A program made the position numbers and the translations under genes. A stretch of DNA of 64,000 nt, taken from assembly GCA_964490445.1 (NCBI GenBank), contig CAZBDA010000002.1, positions 6,078-70,077 of the forward strand. The letters run 5' to 3'. Below, one piece after another: positions 28,971 through 39,525 of this stretch; position 1 is the stretch's first letter; each line of letters starts with the position of its first letter. The notes under the pieces were generated by a model. It was not told the origin of the DNA. It saw nothing but the letters and a program-made list of their open reading frames with translations, and searched no databases. Origin of the DNA: an uncultured Rickettsiales bacterium. Its GTDB lineage: Bacteria > Myxococcota_A > UBA796 > UBA9615.

Positions 28971-31073
28971 CTACCTCCTGCCAGCGGCTTCTTGTTCCCG
29001 GGCAGCCTGCTTCCGGGCAATGATATCCTCAGAAATCTGCGCCGGCACCTGATTGTAGCGACTGAACTCCATGGTGAAACTCGCCTTGCCCTGGGTCGAC
29101 GAACGAATCACAGTCGCGTAACCAAACATCTCTGACAGCGGGACTTCGGCCTCTATGCGAGCGAAGCCCTCGCCCTCCTGGGTGCCGCTGATCTGCCCTC
29201 GTCGCTGAGTGATCGTGGCCACCATCGCACCGAGGAACTCCGTCGGCCCCTCCACCTCGAGGCGCATCACCGGCTCGAGAATCACCGGCCCAGCACTGGA
29301 ATAGGACGCGCGGAAAGCGCCGCGGGCAGCTTCCTGGAAGGCCACATCGCTGGAGTCGACCGAGTGGTGCCCACCGTCGAGTAGTTCAACCCGGACACCG
29401 CATACAGGGAAACCGAGCAAGGGACCCTTGGCGAGCATGGACTTGAAGCCCTTGTCGACCGCCGAGATGAACTCCTTGGGGATGTTGCCTCCCTTAACCT
29501 TGTCCTCGAACTCGTAGTCGCCCTCCGCGAGCGGCACCAGCTTGCCGACGACCTTGCCGTACTGGCCCGAACCACCCGTCTGCTTCTTGTGGGTGTAATT
29601 AAAGGCGGCCTCGCAGGTGATCGCCTCTCTGTAGGCCACTCTCGGCGGCGAAGTGGTGACGTCGGCGTTGTACTCGCGACGCATCCGCTCGATGTAGACA
29701 TCCAGGTGCAACTCACCCATACCCGCAACGATCGTCTCGTTGCTCTCAGGGTCGAGGCTGACCTGGAAGGTCGGGTCTTCCTTGGTGAAACGGTTCAGCG
29801 CCTTGGACATGTTGTCCTGGGCCTTGTTGTCCACTGGATTCAGGGACACCGAGATCACGGGGTCGGGCACGTGCATCGACGACATGACGCACTCGGTTGT
29901 CCCGTCCGTAAAGGTGTCACCACTGCGACAGTCGACGCCGAACATCGCGACAATGTCCCCGGCAATGGCCTCGTCGATATCCTCCATCTCGTCCGAATGC
30001 ATGCGTACGACCCGGCCAACCTTGAGACGTTTGCCAGTACGCACGTTGACGATAAAGCCGTCACGGCGAAGCGTGCCGCAGTAGATGCGCAGATAGGTCA
30101 GCTGGCCGTAGCGGCCATCTTCGAGCTTAAAGGCCAACATCACGAGCGGACCGTCCGGATCCGAGGGCAGCACAGTGGGCTCACCCTCAACTCCCTTGTT
30201 GAGCGGCAGCATCTCGTTCGGGACCTCGGTGGGATCGGGCAGATAGGCCACCACGGCGTCCAGCAGGGGCTGAACGCCCTTGTTCTTGTAGGCGGATCCG
30301 CACAGGACGGGGCACAACTGGAGGCTGATCGTGGCGTCGCGAATGGCCTGCTGCAGCAACTCCACCGGCACGGCGTCTTCGAGGATGGCAACCATCAGGT
30401 CATCGTTGAACATCGAGACCGCATCGAGCATCGCCTCGCGGGCAACATCGGCCTCTGCCTGCATGGCATCGGGAATCTCTTCGAGACGCAACTCTTCGCC
30501 ACTCGGTCCGTCGAAATAGATCGCCTTCATCTGGACCAGGTCGACCACGCCATTGTGGTCGGACTCCAGGCCAATCGGGATCTGCAGCATCACCGCGTTC
30601 AGGTTGAGCTTCTCGCGCAGCTGCTCGGTGACACGCCCCGGGTTGGCACCGGAGCGATCGCACTTGTTGACGAAGGCGATGCGGGGAACGTTGTAACGAC
30701 GCATCTGCCGATCGACAGTAAGAGACTGGCTCTGTACGCCGGCCACGCCGCAGAGCACCAGCACGGCCCCATCGAGGACGCGCATTGCCCGCTCCACTTC
30801 GACGGTAAAATCCACGTGTCCCGGAGTGTCGATGATGTTGACGTGATGGCCTTGCCACTCGCAGTGGGTGGCGGCGGACTGAATGGTGATACCTCGTTCC
30901 CGCTCGAGATCCATCGAGTCCATCTTGGCGCCGACACCATCCTTGCCACGTACGTCGTGGATGGCGTGAATCCGTTCGGTGTAGAACAGAATGCGCTCGG
31001 TCAGGGTTGTTTTCCCCGAATCGATATGGGCCGAGATTCCGATGTTCCGGTGCGTAGACAGATTCGCGGACAT
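28971..31073 (-). CDS. fusA: elongation factor G (EF-G paralog, not in a str-operon context)
   Basis: GTPase G1-G5 motifs ([18 protein letters not shown]), EF-G domains II-V, 700 aa. No rpsL/rpsG/tuf neighbours, so probably a second EF-G copy. Confidence 0.9.
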   Translation of the reverse strand: MSANLSTHRNIGISAHIDSGKTTLTERILFYTERIHAIHDVRGKDGVGAKMDSMDLERERGITIQSAATHCEWQGHHVNIIDTPGHVDFTVEVERAMRVLDGAVLVLCGVAGVQSQSLTVDRQMRRYNVPRIAFVNKCDRSGANPGRVTEQLREKLNLNAVMLQIPIGLESDHNGVVDLVQMKAIYFDGPSGEELRLEEIPDAMQAEADVAREAMLDAVSMFNDDLMVAILEDAVPVELLQQAIRDATISLQLCPVLCGSAYKNKGVQPLLDAVVAYLPDPTEVPNEMLPLNKGVEGEPTVLPSDPDGPLVMLAFKLEDGRYGQLTYLRIYCGTLRRDGFIVNVRTGKRLKVGRVVRMHSDEMEDIDEAIAGDIVAMFGVDCRSGDTFTDGTTECVMSSMHVPDPVISVSLNPVDNKAQDNMSKALNRFTKEDPTFQVSLDPESNETIVAGMGELHLDVYIERMRREYNADVTTSPPRVAYREAITCEAAFNYTHKKQTGGSGQYGKVVGKLVPLAEGDYEFEDKVKGGNIPKEFISAVDKGFKSMLAKGPLLGFPVCGVRVELLDGGHHSVDSSDVAFQEAARGAFRASYSSAGPVILEPVMRLEVEGPTEFLGAMVATITQRRGQISGTQEGEGFARIEAEVPLSEMFGYATVIRSSTQGKASFTMEFSRYNQVPAQISEDIIARKQAAREQEAAGRR

Positions 31074-31180
31074 GGCTCTGGTCGTTCCGACAAGCGGTGA
31101 GAGGGCGAGGAGGACGGATGGTCCTCCGCCCTGTAGAAATCAGCGCGCCTTATATGGGGAACGAGCAGGTCGGTCAACTG

Positions 31181-31915
31181 CTATAGCGCTTCGCCGACCA
31201 ACGACAACTCTTTCAAGACACTGTCAGGATGCAGCCCACTGAGCCTGTCAGCGGCGAGACCGGCAGCTTCTGCCATGCTCCCGGCGAACACCACATACTC
31301 CCGATCTTCGCCGGCCACATCAGCCACAACACGGTAGGCAAACCTCTCAGCGCCTCGCACCGACACCGCCTTCGCGGACACTGGTCGGGCGGTCTCGGCG
31401 GGAGAAGCCGCAACGTCGGCGAGCTCGTCCCCGCGCCAACGCGCCGGGATCCCACGCCGCACCCGGTAGGCACGCACATTCTCGGGAGTCACTCCCGCCT
31501 TGTCGGCCAGCTCCCGATCCGAGATATCACCGAGTAACTCCAGGTACGGATCGAGGCGGGACGCGCGACGGCGACGCATCTTGCGCCTCTTGCGCTTGGT
31601 TGGACGCACCTTGATTTTCTTCGCTGCTCGGCGCTGCTGCTTCGCCTGCAGCGCCTCGAGGCTCTCACCCCGCCACGCGGCTGGGATGCCGCGGCGCAAG
31701 CGATAGGTTCGGACATTCTCGGTGCTCACCCCGGCCTTCTCGGCCACTTCCTTGTCGGATAGGGCGCCGATTACGTCGTGGAAGTCGCCGAGGGCCGACT
31801 TCCGGGGAGCAAAGGACTTGACGGGCAAGACGGGATCCCTCAGGCGAACTACCTGAACGCCTCGATGACGGTCCAGGGCTCGTCCTTGTACTTGCTGGCA
31901 TCCCCTTCGACCCAC
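31181..31915 (-). CDS. basic protein with two tandem HTH-like repeats (putative DNA-binding)
   Basis: Internal duplication: LGDFHDVIGALSDKEVAEKAGVSTENVRTYRLRRGIPAAWRGE vs LGDISDRELADKAGVTPENVRAYRVRRGIPARWRGD, separated by a Lys/Arg-rich linker. GTG start. The 5' end overlaps the neighbouring ORF by about 67 bp, so the start is uncertain. Confidence 0.4.
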   Translation of the reverse strand: MGRRGCQQVQGRALDRHRGVQVVRLRDPVLPVKSFAPRKSALGDFHDVIGALSDKEVAEKAGVSTENVRTYRLRRGIPAAWRGESLEALQAKQQRRAAKKIKVRPTKRKRRKMRRRRASRLDPYLELLGDISDRELADKAGVTPENVRAYRVRRGIPARWRGDELADVAASPAETARPVSAKAVSVRGAERFAYRVVADVAGEDREYVVFAGSMAEAAGLAADRLSGLHPDSVLKELSLVGEAL

Positions 31916-32421
31916 GGGTCAGAGCGGATCTTGTAACCGGAGCCTGCAACGTCCGCCTCCCCCACAAGTACCGAGCGCGTGACCCATACGTCCTCGTCGA
32001 ACAGGAAGAAGCGCTTCTGCGTCCACCAGACGTTGGCAATCAAGGCACTGGCATGCACATCAGTACCCACGACCTTCACACCGGCAGAAGTAGGCAACGC
32101 CATGCCATCCAGCCAAAGCAGGGGGATGGTCGGCTTGTAGTGGTAGATGAACACTGCGTCCTTGGTAGCCATCTCAGACAACGGCCGCTCATAGGTCACG
32201 CCGGGTCCGAAGAAGTCGTCCTCGCCGACGATCTTGATGCTCGCCTCTGCCAACTGACGCTGCAGCCCCACTCTGTCCTCGAAGGTATGCGCGTTGGAGG
32301 GCAACAGGATGTCGTCAACCGCCTTCCCCACGGCCGCACGCTCCCAGCCATTCTGGCCAAGAGAAGTAACCGCCAGCCCCCCTGCGATTACCACGACAAC
32401 GATGAACAGCTTCTGGATCAA
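31849..32421 (-). CDS. hypothetical membrane-anchored protein
   Basis: N-terminal TM/signal anchor MIQKLFIVVVVIAGGLAVTSLG. No known motif. Confidence 0.4.
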   Translation of the reverse strand: MIQKLFIVVVVIAGGLAVTSLGQNGWERAAVGKAVDDILLPSNAHTFEDRVGLQRQLAEASIKIVGEDDFFGPGVTYERPLSEMATKDAVFIYHYKPTIPLLWLDGMALPTSAGVKVVGTDVHASALIANVWWTQKRFFLFDEDVWVTRSVLVGEADVAGSGYKIRSDPWVEGDASKYKDEPWTVIEAFR

Positions 32422-32511
32422 GTCGCGAACCCTCCATTCACGTAACAGCCGCGGCCCTGTCAGTACCAGGCCGAGACAGATACTAGCAGTCCTGAATCAC
32501 TGCGGCAGGCG

Positions 32512-32985
32512 TCAGTCGAAGACCGTAAACACACCGACTTTCTCGAGGGGATCTTCTCCATCACCGCCACCTGTAACGGGTTGCGACGGCTCCCGGGGCG
32601 GCCTCGCAGTGGAACGGTCGCGAGCGTGCTTCTGCAGGCCTTCGGCCGCCGCTGCGGATCGGGCCTCTCGAGTCGGCTCCTCACCCTGATCGTGCTCCAA
32701 CCGGCCCGCGAGCGCCAGCAACTGCTCACGCAGCCGCCCTCGCACCATGCGGGCCAACTGGGTTGCAGGCTCCACGCCCGCCGCCGCAGCAACCGAGCGA
32801 AGAGCTGCAGCGGCCACGGGATCCAATTCCACCCAGGTTCCAGTCTGCTGGTCTGCACGGGCAAGAACCAACAACTGTTCGAGGGTCTCACCCAGGGGAA
32901 GATCACGACGCTGCGCCTCTGCTCGCAGTTCCTCAGCCACCTGCTGCGAGGCGCGAACATTGATCTGCTCAGATTTCTCGTTCAT
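32512..32985 (-). CDS. ribbon-helix-helix (CopG/Arc-like) domain protein
   Basis: MNEKSEQINVRASQQVAEELRAEAQRRDLPLGETLEQLL is the RHH beta-strand plus two helices. Low-complexity C-terminal tail. Confidence 0.45.
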   Translation of the reverse strand: MNEKSEQINVRASQQVAEELRAEAQRRDLPLGETLEQLLVLARADQQTGTWVELDPVAAAALRSVAAAAGVEPATQLARMVRGRLREQLLALAGRLEHDQGEEPTREARSAAAAEGLQKHARDRSTARPPREPSQPVTGGGDGEDPLEKVGVFTVFD

Positions 32986-33194
32986 TCGACTCCACTCCGG
33001 GGCGCGGCCCCTACTGATAGCAAAGACGCTATCACAGCTGATCGGCACGCGCTATCAGCCAAGCTATCAAACTCGTCGCAAAGATCCTGTGGGACTTTCA
33101 CTTGTCTTTGCGACCGCGGCGCAGCATCATTCCAGCCGACATCAATCACAGTTACGCGTGTGCAGGGTGTGAAGGTGCACCCTGGGAGGTTTCA

Positions 33195-34010
33195 ATGCGT
33201 CCGATACAGGCTCTTCTCTCCGCCCTGCTTCTGCTCAATCTCGGTGGCTGCGAGGCTCTGAATCCCGATCCTGATGAGGATGGCCTGACCACTGAGTTCG
33301 AGGAGAGCATCGGCACCGACCCGCTGCTGAATGACACCGACGGAGACGGCTTCGACGACGCGACCGAGGTGCTGACCTACTTCTCCCCACGCAACCAAGA
33401 CGATCACCCCTATGAAGGCGCGTATCCCAGGGGGCCGCTCATGAACGGCGACGCCTGGGACGAGTACACCGACGATGCCGGCTGGGACGAGGGCGAGATC
33501 AGCAGAGGCTGGAAAGTGACCGACCAGCACGGTGACGAAATCAAGCTGAAGCGATTCTTCGGCAGCGTAGTCCTCATCGACATGAGTTCCGAGTGGTGCG
33601 GCCCCTGCCGTTCGACCGCCGAGACCCTCGACGAGGAGTACCAGGACCGCAAGGAAGACGGCTTTGTCATCATCCAATTGCTGCTCGACGGCCTGGGCAT
33701 GGGGGACAGGAACCCCCAGGGAGATCGCTGGATCGAGGAATTCGACATCACCTTCCCCCTGATTGAAGATGGTGACCTGCACGCAGCCCCGCACTACATT
33801 CCGTCGGGTAGTTTCGGAATTCCCAACTACACCGTCATCGATCGTCAGCACCAGATCGACACCTGGTACCAGGCAGGCGGCGAGCCCCCGTGGGAGCTCA
33901 TCGACGACCTGCTCGACGAAGATCGACCTGACGTAGACTATGTGCTCCCCGAGAATGCCGACGAGCTCTACGAGAGTCTCGAAATCAACCCCAACTCCTG
34001 GATCAACTGA
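33195..34010 (+). CDS. TlpA/ResA-like thioredoxin-fold lipoprotein with N-terminal Asp-rich calcium-binding-type repeats
   Basis: RBS GGGAGG at 33184. Lipobox LNLGGC|EA. D.D.DG..D repeats (NDTDGDGFDDATE). Redox motif WCGPC. Confidence 0.7.
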   Translation: MRPIQALLSALLLLNLGGCEALNPDPDEDGLTTEFEESIGTDPLLNDTDGDGFDDATEVLTYFSPRNQDDHPYEGAYPRGPLMNGDAWDEYTDDAGWDEGEISRGWKVTDQHGDEIKLKRFFGSVVLIDMSSEWCGPCRSTAETLDEEYQDRKEDGFVIIQLLLDGLGMGDRNPQGDRWIEEFDITFPLIEDGDLHAAPHYIPSGSFGIPNYTVIDRQHQIDTWYQAGGEPPWELIDDLLDEDRPDVDYVLPENADELYESLEINPNSWIN

Positions 34011-34091
34011 CTGCTGGGACCACAGAAGCCACCGACAACTGGCTACCGTGAATCGATTCGCACTTGAAGGTCCGGCCCAGGTCGGGGCATC

Positions 34092-35180
34092 ATGAACGGA
34101 CTCCAGCGAAAGGCACCTGCAATGCAACGCTTGCTTCTTACCCTCGTCTCCTTACCCCTGCTACTGGTCGGCTGCGGCCCCAGAGACACGGACGAGGACT
34201 ACCTGCTCGACGATTTCGAGATCGCAATCGGAACCAATCCCGAGTTGGCGGACTCCGACGGTGATGGCTTTTCCGATACCGAGGAGTACCTGCAGTACTT
34301 CGACCCAACCGATGAGGACGACTTCCCCTACACCGGTGGCTACCCGCGCCTTCCACTGCCCGCCGAGATCGACGATGAGGGCTGGGACGTGGGCGAAGTC
34401 AGCCATGACTGGGACAGCGATGACTCCGAAGATCAGCACGAAGAGGCCGTCAACATCCACAAGTTCTACGGCAACGTCGTGGTCATCGACATCGCAGCCG
34501 AGTGGTGCGGACCCTGCCGACAGGCCGCTCCCGAGGCCGAGCAGGAGTACCAGGACTTCATCGACAGGGGCTTCGTGGTCATCAACATACTGCTCGACGG
34601 ACTGAGCCAGTCGGAAGAGCCCGACCTTGACCGCTGGACAGAGGACCTGGAATTGACCTTCCCGGTAGTAGGTGACCACGACCAGTCGATCGCCAGCAAC
34701 TACATCGCGTCTTCAGGGAGCTTCGGCATCCCGAACTTCAGCATCCTCGACCGCGAGTTGAACATCCGCGCCAAGCAGATCAACCCCGTCGACTGGGAGT
34801 TGGTCGGTGAACTCCTCGACGAGGATCCGCCGCAGGTAGACTGGCCTCTGCCCGAAAATGCCGACGAGATCCGCGCCGAGTTGGGGATCTCCATCACCGC
34901 TTCCACTGCGGATTACATCGTCCCCGGCGAGGGCATCCCCGAAGCCTCGGGTGGCGCCAACCTGAACGGTGGCGGTGGAGCCAGCACAACCGATGGCCCT
35001 GAGACCGGCGGAGAGGTCTCCAACGAGGCTGCGGAAGCCGTTGTGCCTGGCGAGTACGCAGGCCCTCCGTTCGGCGGTGCCGGTTCCGGCTGCGCGGTCG
35101 CTGCGAACTCCTCCAGTACCGGCCTCGTGTCACTGGCATTGGTGCTTGTCGGCATGCTCGGTCTGCGCCGCCGCCGCTGA
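34092..35180 (+). CDS. TlpA/ResA-like thioredoxin-fold lipoprotein paralog with MYXO-CTERM-type tail
   Basis: Lipobox LLLVGC|GP, DSDGDGFSDTEE repeats, WCGPC motif. C-terminal GSGCAVA...LALVLVGMLGLRRRR. Paralogous to 33195..34010. Confidence 0.7.
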   Translation: MNGLQRKAPAMQRLLLTLVSLPLLLVGCGPRDTDEDYLLDDFEIAIGTNPELADSDGDGFSDTEEYLQYFDPTDEDDFPYTGGYPRLPLPAEIDDEGWDVGEVSHDWDSDDSEDQHEEAVNIHKFYGNVVVIDIAAEWCGPCRQAAPEAEQEYQDFIDRGFVVINILLDGLSQSEEPDLDRWTEDLELTFPVVGDHDQSIASNYIASSGSFGIPNFSILDRELNIRAKQINPVDWELVGELLDEDPPQVDWPLPENADEIRAELGISITASTADYIVPGEGIPEASGGANLNGGGGASTTDGPETGGEVSNEAAEAVVPGEYAGPPFGGAGSGCAVAANSSSTGLVSLALVLVGMLGLRRRR

Positions 35181-35257
35181 GTCCATTCGCTGCTCTCTGA
35201 TTTCTGACGCTTTTGCTGAACGCTGACGGGCGTTTCGCCCAACTGCTCTACCGGACG

Positions 35258-36031
<774 letters not shown>

Positions 36032-36064
36032 ACCGTCGACTAGAGTCCGACGACCGGGAGAATC

Positions 36065-38167
36065 ATGAGTCACGACTCCGCTACGGCGGTGAAGCCGGCG
36101 GGCCTCGTCGAGCAGGTCCAGAACCTGGACAACCGCTTCTGGATCGTCAACGTCATGGAGATGTTCGAGCGTCTCGCCTACTACGGCGTGCGCGCGGTCG
36201 TCGCCATCTACATGGTCCTGCCCCTGGAATTCGGCGGGCCCGAGTTCACCCACGTGCAGAAGGGCTCCATCTTCGCTGCCTGGGCCTCGGTCCAATCCGT
36301 GCTGCCCGTCTTCACGGGCGGTTTCGCCGACCGCTACGGCCACAAGCGCACCATCGCGGTGGCGATCTTCATCAAGATCATCGGCTACATCATGATGGCG
36401 CTGTTCCTCGATTACTGGGGCTTCTTCATCGGCTGCATGTTGCTGGCAGCCGGCACCGCGATCTTCAAGCCGGGTGTGCAGGGCACCCTCGCCGCAACCC
36501 TGAAGCGCTCCGAGGCGTCGGTCGGCTGGGCGATCTTCTACCAACTGGTCAACATCGGCGGTTTCCTGGGCCCGGTAGTGGCCGGCATGCTGCGCATCCT
36601 CGACTGGAAGTACGTGTTCTATTCCTGCGCGGTCATCGTCGCCATCAACTACCTGTGGCTGCCTTTCTACAAGGACCCCACCGAAGAAGAAGGCGGCGAC
36701 ATCGAGAAGAAGCAGACTCTGTCCATGGCTGCGCTGAGCCGCAGTGTCAGTAGCAAGGTCGCCACCTGCTGGGCGAGCATCTGGGTCGTCGCCCTGATCG
36801 CATCCGCGTGGTCGTGGTGGCAACATTCTCAAGCCGGAGACGTCACCAACGAGTGGCTGTACTTTGTCTGGGCAGCCCTGTTCGCCTTCGCCCTGCTCGT
36901 CTACGTGCCGCGCAAAGCGGAGTACGACGCGGGCCGTGGCGATGCCTTCAGCGTGTTCATCGTTTCGGTCGCAGGGTTGTTCCAGCACCGAGTCATCTGG
37001 TTCTGCCTGCTGTTCGCCGGCTTCTGGATGATGTTCAACCAGGTCTTCGATCTGCTGCCGAATGTCATCGACGACTGGGTCGATACCTCGGGAATCATCG
37101 CCAGCCTCGGCGAGGCCTATTCCTCGCCGCTGCCGCCCACCGTCCTCGCCATCTTCCTGGGCTGCGTGTTCGGCTTCGCTTGCAGCGTCTGCATCTTCCT
37201 GGCGATGCGCCCTGACCGCCGGGAGGCGTCTTCAGTACCTGCACCTGCCTACTGCATCGTCGCCCTGACCCTGGCGGCGAGCGCGGTGTTCCCGCTGAAG
37301 CTGTATCTCGGCCCGGAGCTTGCCAGCGGCACCCTGACACCCATGGCCTTGATCCTGGGCCTGATGGCAGGCGGAACGGCGATGCTCATCTCGATCCCGG
37401 GGCGTCCCCTCGCACTGGGAGCCGGGCTTGTCGGTGGCGCCGCCGCGATCCTATCGCTGCGCTCAACCCTGATAGCGAGCGCTCCGGGCATGATCGAGTT
37501 GGCCGATCAGGGTGCACAGGTACCTCCCGAGTGGATGATCAACGCGAACCCCGCGCTCATCGTCTTCACCATGGTCGGCTTCGGCTACCTGACCTCGTTC
37601 GTACGACCACTGACCTCGATCCTGATCGGCATGGTCATCGCGACCGTCGGCTCGATCATCGCCGGCACTGCCGCCATCGGCTGGGTCTGCATCGGCGGCA
37701 TCCTGGTGTTTTCGATCGGCGAGATGCTGTCGTCGCCCAAGAAGATGGAGTTCCTGGCCACCCTCGCCAAGAAGGGCCAGGAAGGCACCTTCATGGGCTA
37801 CGCGAACATGCCCGTCGCCATTGGCTGGATTGCCGGCTCGATCTTCGCTGGAAGCAAGTACGAAGAGGAAGGTGACAAGGTCAACCTTGCCAAGAAACAC
37901 CTCGAGGAAACCCTGCAAGTGCCCAGCGAGACAATCGAAGCGCTACAGAAGTCCGAGGTCGTGCCGCTGCTCGCCGAAAAGCTGCAGATGACGCAGCTCG
38001 AGGTGCAGAGCTTCCTCTTCGAGACCTACAAGCCCTGGGAGATCTGGATTGACATCGGCCTGGTCGGGCTGGCATCTGTCGTCGGAATGGTGCTTTACTC
38101 CGTGGTCCTCGGCAGGGTGGACCGCCGCGCGTCGACCACCGACGGACTCTCGACGGAAAGCCCATGA
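36065..38167 (+). CDS. MFS transporter, proton-dependent oligopeptide transporter (POT/PTR2) family
   Basis: PTR2 signature region FERLAYYGVRAVVAIYM. About 14 predicted TM helices; 700 aa. Confidence 0.8.
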   Translation: MSHDSATAVKPAGLVEQVQNLDNRFWIVNVMEMFERLAYYGVRAVVAIYMVLPLEFGGPEFTHVQKGSIFAAWASVQSVLPVFTGGFADRYGHKRTIAVAIFIKIIGYIMMALFLDYWGFFIGCMLLAAGTAIFKPGVQGTLAATLKRSEASVGWAIFYQLVNIGGFLGPVVAGMLRILDWKYVFYSCAVIVAINYLWLPFYKDPTEEEGGDIEKKQTLSMAALSRSVSSKVATCWASIWVVALIASAWSWWQHSQAGDVTNEWLYFVWAALFAFALLVYVPRKAEYDAGRGDAFSVFIVSVAGLFQHRVIWFCLLFAGFWMMFNQVFDLLPNVIDDWVDTSGIIASLGEAYSSPLPPTVLAIFLGCVFGFACSVCIFLAMRPDRREASSVPAPAYCIVALTLAASAVFPLKLYLGPELASGTLTPMALILGLMAGGTAMLISIPGRPLALGAGLVGGAAAILSLRSTLIASAPGMIELADQGAQVPPEWMINANPALIVFTMVGFGYLTSFVRPLTSILIGMVIATVGSIIAGTAAIGWVCIGGILVFSIGEMLSSPKKMEFLATLAKKGQEGTFMGYANMPVAIGWIAGSIFAGSKYEEEGDKVNLAKKHLEETLQVPSETIEALQKSEVVPLLAEKLQMTQLEVQSFLFETYKPWEIWIDIGLVGLASVVGMVLYSVVLGRVDRRASTTDGLSTESP

Positions 38168-39525
38168 TCGCCGCTCAACCCAAGGGGATGACCATGACCG
38201 CTGCCGACGAGCCCATTGATTGCACGGTCTGTACGCCTCCCGGTGAGGACGAAGCAGCGTTCTCTGCGCGCGCTCTCAACTCCATGAGCCAGGGCCTGGG
38301 CGGCTCGCAGATCCTGCGCATCGCGGGTGAGATCAAGGCGATGCAAGCCAACGGTCAGGACATCTGCAACCTCACCGTCGGCGACTTCTCGCCGCAGGAA
38401 TTCCGGATCCCAGAGCGGATGGCCAGGGACATCGCCGCGGCGCTGAGCCGGGGCGAAACCAACTACCCCCCGGCAATCGGCCTTCCCGAGACGCGAGAGG
38501 CCGTCCGCACTCTGTACGAACGGGAATTGGGCCTGAAGTACCGCATGGACAGCGTCATCATGGGCAGCGGTGCCCGCCCGCCGATCTTCGCCACCGTCGC
38601 CCTGGTGGTGGAACCGGGCGACAAGATGCTGTTCGGCATTCCCTCGTGGAACAACCCCTACTACGTGCACCTCGCCGGCGCTGGTGCTATCGCCCTTGCT
38701 ACCAACGCCGAAAGCAACTTCCTACTCACCGCCGAGATGATCCGCCCGCACCTGGACGGCGTGACACTGCTCTGCCTGAACTCACCATTGAATCCCTGCG
38801 GCACGGCCTACTCAGAGCAGCAACTGGCGGAACTCTGCGACGTCATCCTCGACGAGAACGCTCGCCGTGCCAGCTCTGGACAGCGACCGGTCATGGTCAT
38901 GTACGACCAGGTGTACTGGATGCTGTGCTTCGGAGAAACCCGACACCACAGCCCGGTGTCTGTGCGACCCGAGATGGCGCCCTACACGATCTACGTGGAC
39001 GCCATCAGCAAGTCCTTTGCCGCCACCGGCCTGCGGGTCGGCTGGGCCGTCGTCCCACCAGCCCTGACCCCGCGCTTCAAGGCGCTCATCGGCCACATGG
39101 GCGCCTGGGCACCGCGACCGGCGCAGCTTGCCACGGCAGCCCTCCTGCACGATCCCCAGGCAATCCGCGAATACCACGCCACCATGAAGACCGACGTCGA
39201 GGCGCGCCTGGATGCCCTCCACCAGGGCTTTTCGGCCATGGCTGAGCAGGGGCTTCCTGTCCACTCGCTCGCGCCTCAAGGTGCCATCTACCTGTCCGTG
39301 CACTTTGACATACTCGGCCGCAGCCACCGGGGCCACAGCATCGAGACCGACGAAGACGTCCGCAGCTTTCTACTGCAGGAGGCAGGCCTGGGAATCGTCC
39401 CCTTCCAGGCATTCGGACTGAGCGAAGATACCGGCTGGATGCGCTTCTCGGTCGGTGCGGTCTCGCTGCAGGCGATCGAAAAGGGTTTGCAACGCGCCGA
39501 AGCTGCTCTCAAACAACTGGATTGA
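38164..39525 (+). CDS. PLP-dependent aminotransferase, class I/II (aspartate aminotransferase family)
   Basis: Fold-type I layout. PLP-lysine region YVDAISKSFAATGLRVGWAV. ATGA overlap with the POT transporter stop. Confidence 0.8.
   Translation: MIAAQPKGMTMTAADEPIDCTVCTPPGEDEAAFSARALNSMSQGLGGSQILRIAGEIKAMQANGQDICNLTVGDFSPQEFRIPERMARDIAAALSRGETNYPPAIGLPETREAVRTLYERELGLKYRMDSVIMGSGARPPIFATVALVVEPGDKMLFGIPSWNNPYYVHLAGAGAIALATNAESNFLLTAEMIRPHLDGVTLLCLNSPLNPCGTAYSEQQLAELCDVILDENARRASSGQRPVMVMYDQVYWMLCFGETRHHSPVSVRPEMAPYTIYVDAISKSFAATGLRVGWAVVPPALTPRFKALIGHMGAWAPRPAQLATAALLHDPQAIREYHATMKTDVEARLDALHQGFSAMAEQGLPVHSLAPQGAIYLSVHFDILGRSHRGHSIETDEDVRSFLLQEAGLGIVPFQAFGLSEDTGWMRFSVGAVSLQAIEKGLQRAEAALKQLD

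Noticed and set aside
29589-31100. 503-aa plus-strand ORF antisense to EF-G
   Set aside because: Antisense to a highly conserved gene. Arg/His/Gly-rich GC-artefact composition.
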